A program made the position numbers and the translations under genes. The notes beneath the pieces were generated by a model that was given only the letters and a program-made list of their open reading frames with translations, was not told the origin of the DNA and made no database searches. Of a stretch of 64,000 bases of DNA, positions 47,040 through 57,017 are shown in pieces (positions within the stretch are counted from its first letter, which is position 1; each line of letters opens with the position of its first letter). Source of the DNA: a bacterium (GTDB lineage Bacteria; Patescibacteriota; Minisyncoccia; Moranbacterales; UBA2206); NCBI GenBank assembly GCA_030654225.1, contig JAURXY010000031.1, forward strand, positions 1,431 through 65,430. The letters are read 5' to 3'.

Positions 47040-47567
47040 TTAATACATAGCTACCAGAAGCAGGAATCCTGCGAGAGATAGCCACTCTGATGCACCAATG
47101 ACATTGAGTCTGAAATAGATATTTCTTACCCAATCATCGTCCCCAAATTTATCTGCCTCAACATCCACCTCGTCTTGATTCCAAGCTGTCAGAACCCGCC
47201 CTCTGTAAAACATCTTGTAGGTCTTTTTACTGAGCGGATAAAACAGTTTAACGCCCCAGCCGATTCCAATTAAGTCGAGAAACGGATGAGTCAGCATAGC
47301 CACGCCCACTGCGATTACCATCTTGTAATCAAGCAGAACCGCAATGACCAAAACTATACCAGGGAAGAATATTGAGTGAGAAAAATTGTCCCTGTGAGTA
47401 TGTGACCATTTGTTGAATTTGACTGCCCACGACAGAATGTAGCTGATTGGGTCAGGAACAATACCCCAAAAAGCTCCAAGCAACAAATACATTCTGCCGA
47501 CCTCGAAATCAAAAAATTTGCCAAACAACAGAAACACTAGACTGCCAGCCAACAGATGTATAAACAT
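47040..47567 (-). CDS. membrane-bound metal-dependent hydrolase-like protein (YdjM/DUF457-like)
   Basis: 175 aa. About 4 TM helices with conserved His residues (MFIHLL..., THPFLD). Confidence 0.45.
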   Translation of the reverse strand: MFIHLLAGSLVFLLFGKFFDFEVGRMYLLLGAFWGIVPDPISYILSWAVKFNKWSHTHRDNFSHSIFFPGIVLVIAVLLDYKMVIAVGVAMLTHPFLDLIGIGWGVKLFYPLSKKTYKMFYRGRVLTAWNQDEVDVEADKFGDDDWVRNIYFRLNVIGASEWLSLAGFLLLVAMY

Positions 47568-47660
47568 CGCTTTTTACCTCCCTTTTGAATTGTCAGTGAA
47601 CAACAAGATATACTAGCATAAAATATACCAAAAGTCAACATTTGGCTTCTACCTAAAAAT

Positions 47661-47979
47661 GCTAAAAAACTCACCCAGGAAACGAACTCGTTCTAGGGAG
47701 ATACACAAAAACAGGGTTTTATCCCTGCCTTGTGTTATGTCTAAACTATATCAAAGTTTCACAATCTTTTGCGATTAGTCCAAAGTCTAAACGTGCACTG
47801 TACTAAAATACACTTCAGATTCATATAGCTCTGATTGGCATTGGCGTTCTCTTAAATAAATTCAAGAGTCGACCGCCGGACAATAACCAATGCATCCCAT
47901 TATATCTTTTGACGGATATAACTTTAAATTAGGACACATCTCTGGATTATTGTCAAATTCTCCCTAGAAAGGAGGTGAT
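47661..47979. repeat. 16S rRNA 3' trailer adjacent to 16S (contains processing-stem strand tcacaatcttttgcgattagtcc at 47759-47781); paralogue of 17481-17794
   Basis: Blockwise similarity to 17481-17794. The 22-nt terminal core is identical. Confidence 0.6.
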
Positions 47980-49036
47980 CCATCGACAGCTTCCGCTACC
48001 GATGCCTTGTTACGACTTCACCCTTATCATCGATCCCACCCTGGCCCCCGATTTAATTCGGGGTCTTCCGGTGTTACCGACTCTCTTGGTGTGACGGGCG
48101 GTGAGTACAAGATCCGAGAACGTATTCACCGTGACATGGCTGATTCACGATTACTAGTGATTCCGGCTTCATGAGGTCGAGTTGCAGACCTCAATCCGAA
48201 CTGAGACCATCTTTATGGGATTAGCTCCATCTTGCGATTTGGCTACCCTTTGTAATGGCCATTGTAGCACGTGTGTAGCCCAGGGCGTCAAAGGGCCACG
48301 CTGATCTGACGTCATCCCCGCCTTCCTCCCAGAACTTTACTCATAAAAACTTTATGAACAAAGTTCTGGGCAGTCTCGTGTGACATAATAACACACGATA
48401 GGGGTTGCGCTCGTTTCCTGACTTAACAGAACATCTTACGACACGAGCTGACGACGACCGTGCAACGCCTGCCTAGCACCCTCGAAGGCTTGTACATTTC
48501 TGTACAATGCAGCTAGGTTTCAAGCCCTGGTGAGGTTCCTCGCTTGTCGTCGAATTAAACCACATGCTCCACCACTTGTGCGGATCCCCGTCTATTCCTT
48601 TGAGTTTTAAGCTTGCGCTCGTACTTCCCAGGCGGCATACTTAACGCGTTAGCTACGACACTACGAGGGTCGATTCTCGTAATACCAAGTATGCATCGTT
48701 TACGGCGTGGACTACTGGGGTATCTAATCCCATTCGCTACCCACGCTTTCGCATCTCAGCGTCAGAAAAGTGCCAATCAAATGCCTTCGCCTTTGGTGTT
48801 CCGTATGATATCAACGCATTTCACTGCTACACCATACGTTCCATTGATCTCTCACTTCCTCAAGATATACCGTTTCAAATGCAGTTTTCGAGTTGAGCTC
48901 GAAGATTTGACATCTGACTAATATATCCGCCTACATGCTCTTTACGCCCAATAAATCCGGATAACGCTTGAGGTCTCTGTATTACCGCTGCTGCTGGCAC
49001 AGAGTTAGCAACCTCTTATTCGCAAGGTACCGTCAT

Positions 49037-49190
49037 TGGTCGCTTCTCGCTTCGCTCAAAAGCGCCCCGCAGACTATCACAGACTTGACGCAGAATTTCG
49101 CAGACAAAAACTTTTCAGTTTCGTCCGCGTCTTTCCGCGTTTCGTCCGCGTGTTTCCGCGGGTCGTTTCGAACAGAGTGAGAAACGACCA
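49037..49190 (-). repeat. ~154-nt insertion element in 16S V3 region (between E. coli ~440 and ~480), copy 1
   Basis: ~97% identical to 49527-49678. Internal tandem gtttcgtccgcgtgtttccgc repeats and terminal hairpins. Confidence 0.7.
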
Positions 49191-49526
49191 TTCTTCCCTT
49201 ACAAAAGCGGTTTACAACCCAAGGGTCTTCTTCCCGCACGCGGCGTCGCTCCATCAGGCTTTCGCCCATTGTGGAATATTCTCGACTGCAGCCACCCGTA
49301 GGTGTTTGGACAGTGTCTCAGTTCCAATGTTGGGGATCACGCTCTCACGCCCCCTACCCGTCATAGCCTTGGTAAGCCATTACCTTACCAACTAGCTGAT
49401 AGGACACAGGCCGCTCCTCAAGCGATAAATCTTTACTCCGTAGAGATTATCGTGTATTATTCCAGATTTCTCTGGATTATTCACGACTTGAGGGTACGTT
49501 CCTATGTATTACTAACCCGTTTGCCG

Positions 49527-49678
49527 TGGTCGCTTCTCGCTTCGCTCGACCGCCCCGCAGACTATCGCAGACTTGACGCAGAATTTCGCAGACAAAAACT
49601 TTTTAGTTTCGTCCGCGTGTTTCCGCGTTTCGTCCGCGTGTTTCCGCGGGTCGTTTCGAACAGAGTGAGAAACGACCA
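49527..49678 (-). repeat. ~152-nt insertion element in 16S V1 region (between E. coli ~65 and ~100), copy 2
   Basis: Same element as 49037-49190, in a different 16S helix. Confidence 0.7.
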
Positions 49679-49698
49679 CTCGACTTGCATGCCTTATC

Positions 49699-49738
<40 letters not shown>

Positions 49739-49831
49739 AAAAAATGTTTAGAATTTTACTTCTAAATATATAAAGAAAAAATTTCTTTTATTTGAATAGA
49801 CTCAATTGTTGTCCCGATAAAATCGGGACGA

Positions 49832-49855
49832 GGACTAATCGCAAAAAATTGTGAT
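49832..49855 (-). promoter_or_regulatory. 16S leader strand of pre-rRNA processing stem (complementary to trailer 47759-47781); candidate -35/-10 (TTGACC ... CACAAT) immediately upstream in sense orientation (~49857-49900)
   Basis: ggactaatcgcaaaaaattgtgat is the reverse complement of the trailer tcacaatcttttgcgattagtcc with 1 mismatch, the classic RNase III stem flanking 16S. Confidence 0.45.
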
Positions 49856-50475
49856 TAATTAAATTGTTAAGGTCAAATCAATAACTGCAAAGTAATGATG
49901 GGAAACATTGTTTCCCGTAACTTCTTTGAAGTTATTTTTCTTGGTAATCAGGATTCGCTCCCTCAGGTAAGGGCACTTGCCCGCACGGTCAAAGGAAAGG
50001 AGCTTATACTTACCTGATTACCAAGAAAAATTTTAGCAGTTGAAAAACATTTGAGAGCAATGTTGCCCGACTACAAAAAAGTAGCCCTTCGACTAGAAAC
50101 GGCAGTGCACGCTCCCCAGTCTTATTTCTCAACTGCTAAACTATATAAACGAGGCGACAGATGCCACTCTTCCTTCATGGCTAGAGCAAGCCGGTAAATC
50201 TCGCCCTGTATTAATTTAGAAGGCACGAGTACAAACTGACATCTGTCGCGAAAAAAATAAATGAACTAAAAAGACACATCTCCGCGCACCAATATAATAA
50301 TGCACAAAGATGTATCTTTGTTTCACCCTTGTCGCGTGATCCGAAGGATTTTACGCGACGAATTTTAAAGTAATTTTTTGAGTTAAATTATTGTGCCTTT
50401 TTGGACTTAAATAATTATATGCAACTCGTACTATCTATATTAAACAACTTTATAAATCCTGTCAATAGCTAAATA

Positions 50476-50805
50476 TTATGCCTTCACCAATGACATTTTT
50501 TCTAGCTTAATTAGGCGTTTTTCGTGGTTATCTGTAACCTCATCAATCTCCTTAAATCTCTCGCTTTTATCAACTAAATTAGACTTTACATAATCCATAT
50601 CTTCTTTTAGCATCGTCACATCTTCTGAGACAGTTGCCAATTGTTCTCCAAAAACTTTAAATTGACTCTTGAGTTCTTCAGAAACAACATCAAAGTGCCT
50701 TTTAGTTTCTTCTGTTTTAAGGTCGAAATGCTTTTTAACTTCTTCTGTTTTTACATCAAAATGCTTCTTGACCTCTTCTATTAAATTTTTATTTTCTTCA
50801 TTCAT
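50476..50805 (-). CDS. hypothetical protein with 11-aa tandem repeats (EEVKKHFDVKT x4)
   Basis: 109 aa, helical repeat. Confidence 0.4.
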   Translation of the reverse strand: MNEENKNLIEEVKKHFDVKTEEVKKHFDLKTEETKRHFDVVSEELKSQFKVFGEQLATVSEDVTMLKEDMDYVKSNLVDKSERFKEIDEVTDNHEKRLIKLEKMSLVKA

Positions 50806-50835
50806 AAAGATATTTTACCACAATCAAAAATACCG

Positions 50836-52110
50836 TCAAATTTCCCCGCCTCGCGTCGACGAGCGGTCATCTCCGCGAGTCGAGGCGAGCACTTCATTAC
50901 CCTTACAAATCTTCGCATATTCATAAAAACTCTTTCTAGGTTTTCGCTCAAGCGTTTCAAAATCAATTTCAATTAGTCCAAAGCGAGGTTCATAGCCATA
51001 TAACCATTCAAAATTATCCAGAAGCGACCAATGATTATACCCGCGCACATCCACGCCTTCCGAAATAGCTTTATGCACAAATTTCAAATGTTCCTTAATA
51101 AAAACAATGCGCTCTTCGTCGTCCAGTCCAGTATCAGTTGGTACTCCGTTTTCGGTAATATAAATTGGCAAGTTATGCTTTTTTTTCACTTCCATCAAGA
51201 CCTTATAAATCCCCTTAGGATAAGTTATCCATTTCATCAAATTTTTCTCATTTTTTTCAATCGTGAAACCAAAATAAACTTGATTTTTTGAATCCATTTT
51301 GATATTTTTCCAATCAAACTTAATTCTACCTAAACGATAATATTGAATTGCCACAAAGTCCAAATTTTCTCTGATCTTATTATCAATCGAATCAACTCGA
51401 TACCATTTAGATAAACGATTTATAATCGCCACCAAAAAACCCAAATTTTCTGATTCATACCAATTATATAGATAACTAACGCCAACTGGCACGCTCGGAT
51501 ATTTTTCTTTGATAATTTGATAGGCTTTTTTATGCGAACTAGCAACATTGTTCAGCGCTTTCCAAAATTTTATCGGATTCTTGTATCCCGGTGGAAAAAC
51601 TCCAGCCAGATATCCTTGCCCGAGAGGAACCATTGGCTCATTGAAAACTTGATAGAGGTCAATTAAATCTCCGAGCTCTTTCACCACTTTTTGCACATAG
51701 CGCGTAAAAAGTTCCACAGATTTTTTGTTGTGAAATCCATATTTTTTCGAAAACCACAGCGGACTCACCCACCACCACAGCGTCACTTGCGTTTTTATAT
51801 TTCTATTTTTCAAATCCGTCAAAACTTCACGATAATGCGCGAATTCTTTTTGGGAAAAATTTCCCTCCTCGCTTTCAACTCTACTCCACTCAATTGAAAG
51901 ACGATAAGCCTTGCACCCGAGCTCGGTCAAAAAATCATGATCGGTTTTGAATCGATTATAATAATCGCAAGATATTCCAGACCCCTCTATTACTTTTCCC
52001 CGCTCTTCCCATTCCCACCAATCAGTATTGGAATTATTCCCTTCAACCTGATAGGAAGAAGTCGCCGCGCCCCACAAAAAACCATCTGGAAATTTTAATT
52101 TTTTTGACAT
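50836..52110 (-). CDS. glycoside hydrolase family 1 beta-glucosidase
   Basis: 424 aa. QVFNEP acid/base motif and YITENG nucleophile motif. The C-terminus reads through the REP-like element. Confidence 0.8.
   Translation of the reverse strand: MSKKLKFPDGFLWGAATSSYQVEGNNSNTDWWEWEERGKVIEGSGISCDYYNRFKTDHDFLTELGCKAYRLSIEWSRVESEEGNFSQKEFAHYREVLTDLKNRNIKTQVTLWWWVSPLWFSKKYGFHNKKSVELFTRYVQKVVKELGDLIDLYQVFNEPMVPLGQGYLAGVFPPGYKNPIKFWKALNNVASSHKKAYQIIKEKYPSVPVGVSYLYNWYESENLGFLVAIINRLSKWYRVDSIDNKIRENLDFVAIQYYRLGRIKFDWKNIKMDSKNQVYFGFTIEKNEKNLMKWITYPKGIYKVLMEVKKKHNLPIYITENGVPTDTGLDDEERIVFIKEHLKFVHKAISEGVDVRGYNHWSLLDNFEWLYGYEPRFGLIEIDFETLERKPRKSFYEYAKICKGNEVLASTRGDDRSSTRGGEI
50845..50888. repeat. GC-rich REP-like palindromic element, copy 2 (ccccgcctcgcgtcgacgagcggtcatctccgcgagtcgaggcg)
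   Basis: Near-identical to 9862-9908. Fused in-frame to the 3' end of the GH1 ORF (…LASTRGDDRSSTRGGEI). Confidence 0.45.
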
Positions 52111-52130
52111 AAAAAATTTTTCTTATAAAC

Positions 52131-52751
52131 CTAAGGAAGCTTTGGGATGTTTACTCCGGCTGGAATGTTGGCTCCAGCTGGCATACTGTTTAGTATTCCT
52201 TTGAGCATTTCGCATTGGTCAGTGAAGGTAATGTTGGTTGGAACTGAAAAATCAGCGCCGGAATATGGAACGCAACTCACATCCGTGGCATCGTCAAAAA
52301 ATTCTTCGTCCGTTTTTGAATCTGAAAGTGGTTCACTGCCACCTTGTTCTTTTGGAATATTTTTTTCCATTTCTTCCATGCAGACCTTTGTCATTTTCAT
52401 CCCGATTTTTTCTCCCTCCGCCCAAGAATACATGGCTGTTTCATCAAAAATCACCAATTGTTTTTTTCCCATTACAGTTGACTCGGCTTTATATTTTTTT
52501 CCATTAACGTAAGCTGTCGAAATTATGTCTCCTGCCTCGCCTTTGAATTTATAGGCGCATTTCATGGCTTTTCCAAGTCCCATTGCATCTTTGATTGAAC
52601 TGATCACTCCGCCTTTTTCAGTCTTTGTTTCTGTCGCGACATCATTCTTATTTTCTTTTCCCACTTCACCAGCCTTATCCGCCGGCTTATTTCCACATCC
52701 TGCTAAAAGCAAGATTCCTACTGCCAACAAAACAACTTTTGTTTTTTTCAT
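52131..52751 (-). CDS. lipoprotein of unknown function
   Basis: 206 aa. Lipobox LLLAGCG. Confidence 0.5.
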   Translation of the reverse strand: MKKTKVVLLAVGILLLAGCGNKPADKAGEVGKENKNDVATETKTEKGGVISSIKDAMGLGKAMKCAYKFKGEAGDIISTAYVNGKKYKAESTVMGKKQLVIFDETAMYSWAEGEKIGMKMTKVCMEEMEKNIPKEQGGSEPLSDSKTDEEFFDDATDVSCVPYSGADFSVPTNITFTDQCEMLKGILNSMPAGANIPAGVNIPKLP

Positions 52752-52767
52752 ATTTTTTAAAAATAAA

Positions 52768-53376
52768 TTAATTATATTTTTTTAACTTCAAAATATCCAC
52801 GCCCATTTTTTTCAATTCTGGATAAATTTTGTTGAGTGGCAAACCAATCACGGAATAGAAATCTCCTTCGATGCTTTCAATTAGAACCGCTCCTAACTCC
52901 ATCATACCATAAGATCCGCCTCTTGATAACGGTTCCTTCGTTGCCACATAGTCTGCAATTTCTTCTTCACTCAGATCTCTAAATTTCACTTGCGCTTTGT
53001 CGAAATCATTGACTACGATTTTGTTTTTAGTATCAATAATCGCAAAGCCACTGACCATTTCATGCGTTTTTCCAGAAAAATTCCTGAGCGTTTGAAAGGC
53101 ATCTTCTTCATCTTTAGGTTTTCCGATAAACTTTCCCTCGAAAATAGTAAAGGTATCGCCACTGATGATGATTGCGTCTTCATAATGCTTGGCCACATCC
53201 TCCCCCTTTTTCCGCGCCAAAAATTTCACCAACTCATAGGGATCACTCATCGCCGTCATATCTTCCTCATACTCACTTTCACGCACCTCAAATTCCAGCC
53301 CCATTTGCTCCAAAAGAGCTTTTCTCCTCGCCGATCGCGAAGCTAAAATTATTTTTCGCTGTTGCATAATATTCAA
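52768..53376 (-). CDS. maf: Maf-like nucleoside triphosphate pyrophosphatase
   Basis: 202 aa. N-terminal ILASRSARRKALLEQMGL. Confidence 0.8.
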   Translation of the reverse strand: MNIMQQRKIILASRSARRKALLEQMGLEFEVRESEYEEDMTAMSDPYELVKFLARKKGEDVAKHYEDAIIISGDTFTIFEGKFIGKPKDEEDAFQTLRNFSGKTHEMVSGFAIIDTKNKIVVNDFDKAQVKFRDLSEEEIADYVATKEPLSRGGSYGMMELGAVLIESIEGDFYSVIGLPLNKIYPELKKMGVDILKLKKYN

Positions 53377-53400
53377 AAAATATTCTATACTTGCTACTTT

Positions 53401-54723
53401 CTACTTCCTACCTATTTTCTCCATCCCCTCCGGCATATATTTTTTCAAAACTTCCGGAATCAAAACTGAGCCATCAGCTTGTTGATAATTTTCGAGGATT
53501 GAGATGAAGGTTCGAGGAGAAGCCAAGGCAGTGTTGTTTAGCATATAGACATATTTTTTCTCTCCATTTTTGTCGACATATTTCACATTCAATCTTCTTG
53601 ATTGCCAATCCAAAAAGTTAGAAGCACTTCCGGTTTCGCCATAAGAATTTCGACTTGGAATCCAAGCCTCAATATCAAACATTTTATATTTCCCCGCACT
53701 CATATCCCCAGTGCAAATTTTTAGTTGTCGATATGGCAATCCCAATTCTTCATGCATTTCTTTGGAAATTCCCACCATTTCTTGTTGCAACGCATCAGAT
53801 TCTTCAATGTTAGCTTTTGACAAAATAACTTGTTCAACTTTCATAAATTCATGAACACGGTAAAGTCCTTTTGTGTCTTTGCCATAACTGCCAATCTCAC
53901 TGCGATAGCATTGGGAATACCCACAAAGTTTCATTGGCAAATCTTCCTCTTTTAAAATATCCCCTGAATAATAAGCTAGAAGAGATGGCTCAGCTGTGCC
54001 TACGAGAAATTTTTTGTCTTTACTTGTTTTTCCATCAGCTTCCCTATCGGAAGATGCTACTTGATATATTTCATCTATCTCTGGATTATATTCCTTACCC
54101 TTGAAATATCCACTTCCAAAAAGCGCGAAATCTTTGACTAAAGTTGGCACAATCATCGGAGAATATCCTTTTGATATCATTTTTTGCAAAGCATACATCA
54201 TAAATCCCATCATCAAACTTACTCCTTCATTTTTCACATAATATCCGCGATATCCCGAGACTTTTGCACCTCTTTCTAAGTCCAAAATATCCAAGTCCTT
54301 TCCCAATTGAATGTGATCTTTTATTTCAAAATCAAATTTTGGAATTTCTCCCCAAGTATAAATTTCTACATTTTCTTTTTCACTTTTTCCAATTGGAACA
54401 TCCTCAGCTGGAATTACTGGCACCTTCACCATCAAATCATCAAAGTGTTTTTTTATATCAGAATATTCCGGTTCTGCAATTGCCATTTTTTCCTTGACCG
54501 CTTTCCCTTGCTCAATCAAAGTTTTTCTCTCGTCCCCTTGCGATTTTTGAATCAAATCATTAAGCACGTTCTTTTCCGCGTTTAATTCTTCGATATATTG
54601 CAAGGCTCTCACCCTTTCTCCATCCGTCTCCAAAAGTCCATCCAAATCCAAATCGATATTCTTATTCTTAATCGCTTCCTTTATTTTGTCCGCATTTTCC
54701 CTAATGAATTTTATATCTAACAT
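53401..54723 (-). CDS. serS: seryl-tRNA synthetase
   Basis: 440 aa. N-terminal coiled-coil MLDIKFIRENADKI and class II aaRS motifs. Confidence 0.9.
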   Translation of the reverse strand: MLDIKFIRENADKIKEAIKNKNIDLDLDGLLETDGERVRALQYIEELNAEKNVLNDLIQKSQGDERKTLIEQGKAVKEKMAIAEPEYSDIKKHFDDLMVKVPVIPAEDVPIGKSEKENVEIYTWGEIPKFDFEIKDHIQLGKDLDILDLERGAKVSGYRGYYVKNEGVSLMMGFMMYALQKMISKGYSPMIVPTLVKDFALFGSGYFKGKEYNPEIDEIYQVASSDREADGKTSKDKKFLVGTAEPSLLAYYSGDILKEEDLPMKLCGYSQCYRSEIGSYGKDTKGLYRVHEFMKVEQVILSKANIEESDALQQEMVGISKEMHEELGLPYRQLKICTGDMSAGKYKMFDIEAWIPSRNSYGETGSASNFLDWQSRRLNVKYVDKNGEKKYVYMLNNTALASPRTFISILENYQQADGSVLIPEVLKKYMPEGMEKIGRK

Positions 54724-54806
54724 ATATTTAAGTTTAATAATTTATACTAAAATCTAACTTTTATCACTATATCACAGCTTTTTATTTTAGCAAAAGTCTC
54801 ACGCCA

Positions 54807-55886
54807 TTACATCGTTAGCTTATCAATAGTTTCCCAATTAATACCAAGTTTCATCCCAGCTTTTTTGATTTCATCATCTAACCGACCTTTTATTATTTCT
54901 ACGGTCTCACTTCTTTTATCACCAGAAAATAAAAGCTTTACAAATAGTGAATTCTCATCTTTCTCATACTCGGTTTCTGGGTCACTATTTAATCCTTTCA
55001 GACTAACAATAATTTCCTTTTGAACATTTTCAAATATATCATTTTCTTTTAAATAATCAAAAATCTTTTTTACATCATCGATTCTTTTTGTCGCCATCCT
55101 TTTCGCCAATGGAGTTAAAACTACGCCATCCAATATGACCACGTCTTCCATTACATTTTTAAAAGACTCTTCAATGACGCTACTGCCAGTTCTAGCTTCC
55201 ATCAAATCCTCCTGTATATTATCTTCAACAGACAACCGAAAAGCTACGTTCTTAAAGCCAATATTTGCCAACATATCTGCGTCATATACTACCTTATCGA
55301 CAATATTTTCCGGCTCAGGAAATTTTTTTCCACCATTCTTCCTAATCAACCACGGATAGTTCATATGCCTCTCGATTGCCCAGATTATTTTTTGTCTAAT
55401 TTCATCATTCAGTTTAACTCCTTCAAATTCAAAATCATTTTCTTCCATTTCCAAAAACATTTCATCCACATATTCAATTCCTTTTTCATGATGACTCAAG
55501 ACATCGGAGGATAATTTTCCACTATCATGCATAGCTGTAGCAATGATAGCCGCCACCCCATCCTCCAAGCTAAGATTATTACCTCTAATCAAATCGATTC
55601 CATCACTCAAAACAATTTTGTTATGTTTTTGTAGAGCTTTCAAGATGCTTTCTGATATTTTATTGTCTGAATTTTTATTTTCAACATCTTGCGCATATTT
55701 TTCTTCTCGAAAATCAAAAACACTTTTATATTTTTCATAAATCTCCGCCTCTCTTTTTTCTTTTCTTTTTTGTTTTTCCTTATCTAAATAAATAACTTCA
55801 CCAACTTGATTATCATCGGGAATATTTCTTGCACCTTCTCTACTACTTCTAAAATCAGTTATTTTACTTTCTGATGTTTTTTCCAT
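54807..55886 (-). CDS. HD-domain protein
   Basis: 359 aa. ...IATAMHDSGK... and ...YDADMLANIGF fit an H..HD..D pattern. Confidence 0.45.
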   Translation of the reverse strand: MEKTSESKITDFRSSREGARNIPDDNQVGEVIYLDKEKQKRKEKREAEIYEKYKSVFDFREEKYAQDVENKNSDNKISESILKALQKHNKIVLSDGIDLIRGNNLSLEDGVAAIIATAMHDSGKLSSDVLSHHEKGIEYVDEMFLEMEENDFEFEGVKLNDEIRQKIIWAIERHMNYPWLIRKNGGKKFPEPENIVDKVVYDADMLANIGFKNVAFRLSVEDNIQEDLMEARTGSSVIEESFKNVMEDVVILDGVVLTPLAKRMATKRIDDVKKIFDYLKENDIFENVQKEIIVSLKGLNSDPETEYEKDENSLFVKLLFSGDKRSETVEIIKGRLDDEIKKAGMKLGINWETIDKLTM

Positions 55887-55904
55887 AATTTTTGTTAAAA
55901 ATAT

Positions 55905-57017
55905 TTACCCTGCCCAATAATTATTCACAAAAAGAATAATGTCCAGTGCCAAAAAAAGAGTTGAGGCGAAAATCCAGACAAACTGAATCGTTTTGTTTTT
56001 TATGCTTGCAAGCAGAATAAAAAGCGGAAACATTACCAAGCTATAGCGCCCCACACTCATTAACGTTCCGGAAGTAAAGGCGGCGATAAGCGTAGTGGAC
56101 ATAAAAATTGCGTAGAGTGGCGACAATTTTCGATAGACTGCCACAACAGCCGAAATGATGAAAATTGCCAGAAAAATATCAATGCCCATATTGGCAATTG
56201 AAGGATGCGAAAAAAAAGAAAAATGTTCCCAATTTATAGAAAACGCTCTTCCCCAATTGCTTTGAATATTGAAAAACAAAAATGGGTTGCCAAATTTCCA
56301 AAAATCATATCCCAAAAACAAAAAACTTCCGATCGGCGCAAAAACTACTGGGACAAGTTTTGACCAATTTTTTGGTCGGATCATTTCTTTCCACCCATTC
56401 ATTTCAACTATTTTCCAAAAAATTGGCAGTGCCAAAAAAACTCCATTGCTATGTGCTAGCGCCCCCAAGAAAGCAATAAGCCCAGCTAAATAAAAATTTT
56501 TCTTGAAAGCATAATAGAAAGTTGCGATGGTGAGAAACAGAAAGATTGATTCAGTGTAAATTACATTGAAAAAAAATGCCGTCGGGAAAATTAGCATCAA
56601 AAATATCGGGAGTTCCGGATCAATTTCCGGATGGAATTCTTTCAAAAATTTGAAAAAATATATGCAAGACAAAAGCAAAAAAACCATACTCAAAATCCAA
56701 CCCGCCAGCACAAAATTTCCTAGCAGAATTGTTCCGAGAATTTTGATGAGCGCCGGATAAAGCGGAAAGAAAACTACATTCGCCAAAGTGTTGTCAGTTC
56801 GCAGATAGTATCCATTGTTCACAATGTCGAGATACCAATACGAATCCCAACGATTATGCATGTCGACAAAATCGCTATTTTTAGCAACCGGAAAGCTTTC
56901 TGGCGTGATCCAAGTATAGGCCGTGTCCGGTTCAAGATTAAAACGGTTCATTACCACAAACCCAAAAACATTCACGATAATAAGCCACGATACAACTATT
57001 AGTATTATTTTTTTCAT
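55905..57017 (-). CDS. polytopic membrane protein, possible GT-C-type glycosyltransferase
   Basis: 370 aa. More than 9 TM helices with a periplasmic loop after TM1. Confidence 0.35.
   Translation of the reverse strand: MKKIILIVVSWLIIVNVFGFVVMNRFNLEPDTAYTWITPESFPVAKNSDFVDMHNRWDSYWYLDIVNNGYYLRTDNTLANVVFFPLYPALIKILGTILLGNFVLAGWILSMVFLLLSCIYFFKFLKEFHPEIDPELPIFLMLIFPTAFFFNVIYTESIFLFLTIATFYYAFKKNFYLAGLIAFLGALAHSNGVFLALPIFWKIVEMNGWKEMIRPKNWSKLVPVVFAPIGSFLFLGYDFWKFGNPFLFFNIQSNWGRAFSINWEHFSFFSHPSIANMGIDIFLAIFIISAVVAVYRKLSPLYAIFMSTTLIAAFTSGTLMSVGRYSLVMFPLFILLASIKNKTIQFVWIFASTLFLALDIILFVNNYWAG

Larger units (their letters stand above)
17481..47979. mobile_element. ~30 kb composite integrated mobile/defence island inserted at the 3' end of the 16S rRNA gene
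   Basis: Bracketed by direct repeats derived from the 16S trailer. Contains 4 integrases, phage-like genes, R-M and Abi systems. Housekeeping genes lie on both sides. Confidence 0.5.

Noticed and set aside
49940-49970. Possible tRNA T-loop-like sequence (reverse complement GGAGCGAATCC) upstream of 16S
   Set aside because: It does not match the GGTTCGAATCC consensus and no acceptor or anticodon arms could be built. No tRNA was detected in any intergenic region by eye.
49750-50470. RNase P RNA / tmRNA / SRP RNA in the GC-elevated region upstream of 16S
   Set aside because: Hallmark motifs (AGGAAAGTCCGGGC, tmRNA 3' GGTTCGATTCC...CCA, SRP GGAAGCAGCCAAGG) were not found. Left as an unclassified structured region.
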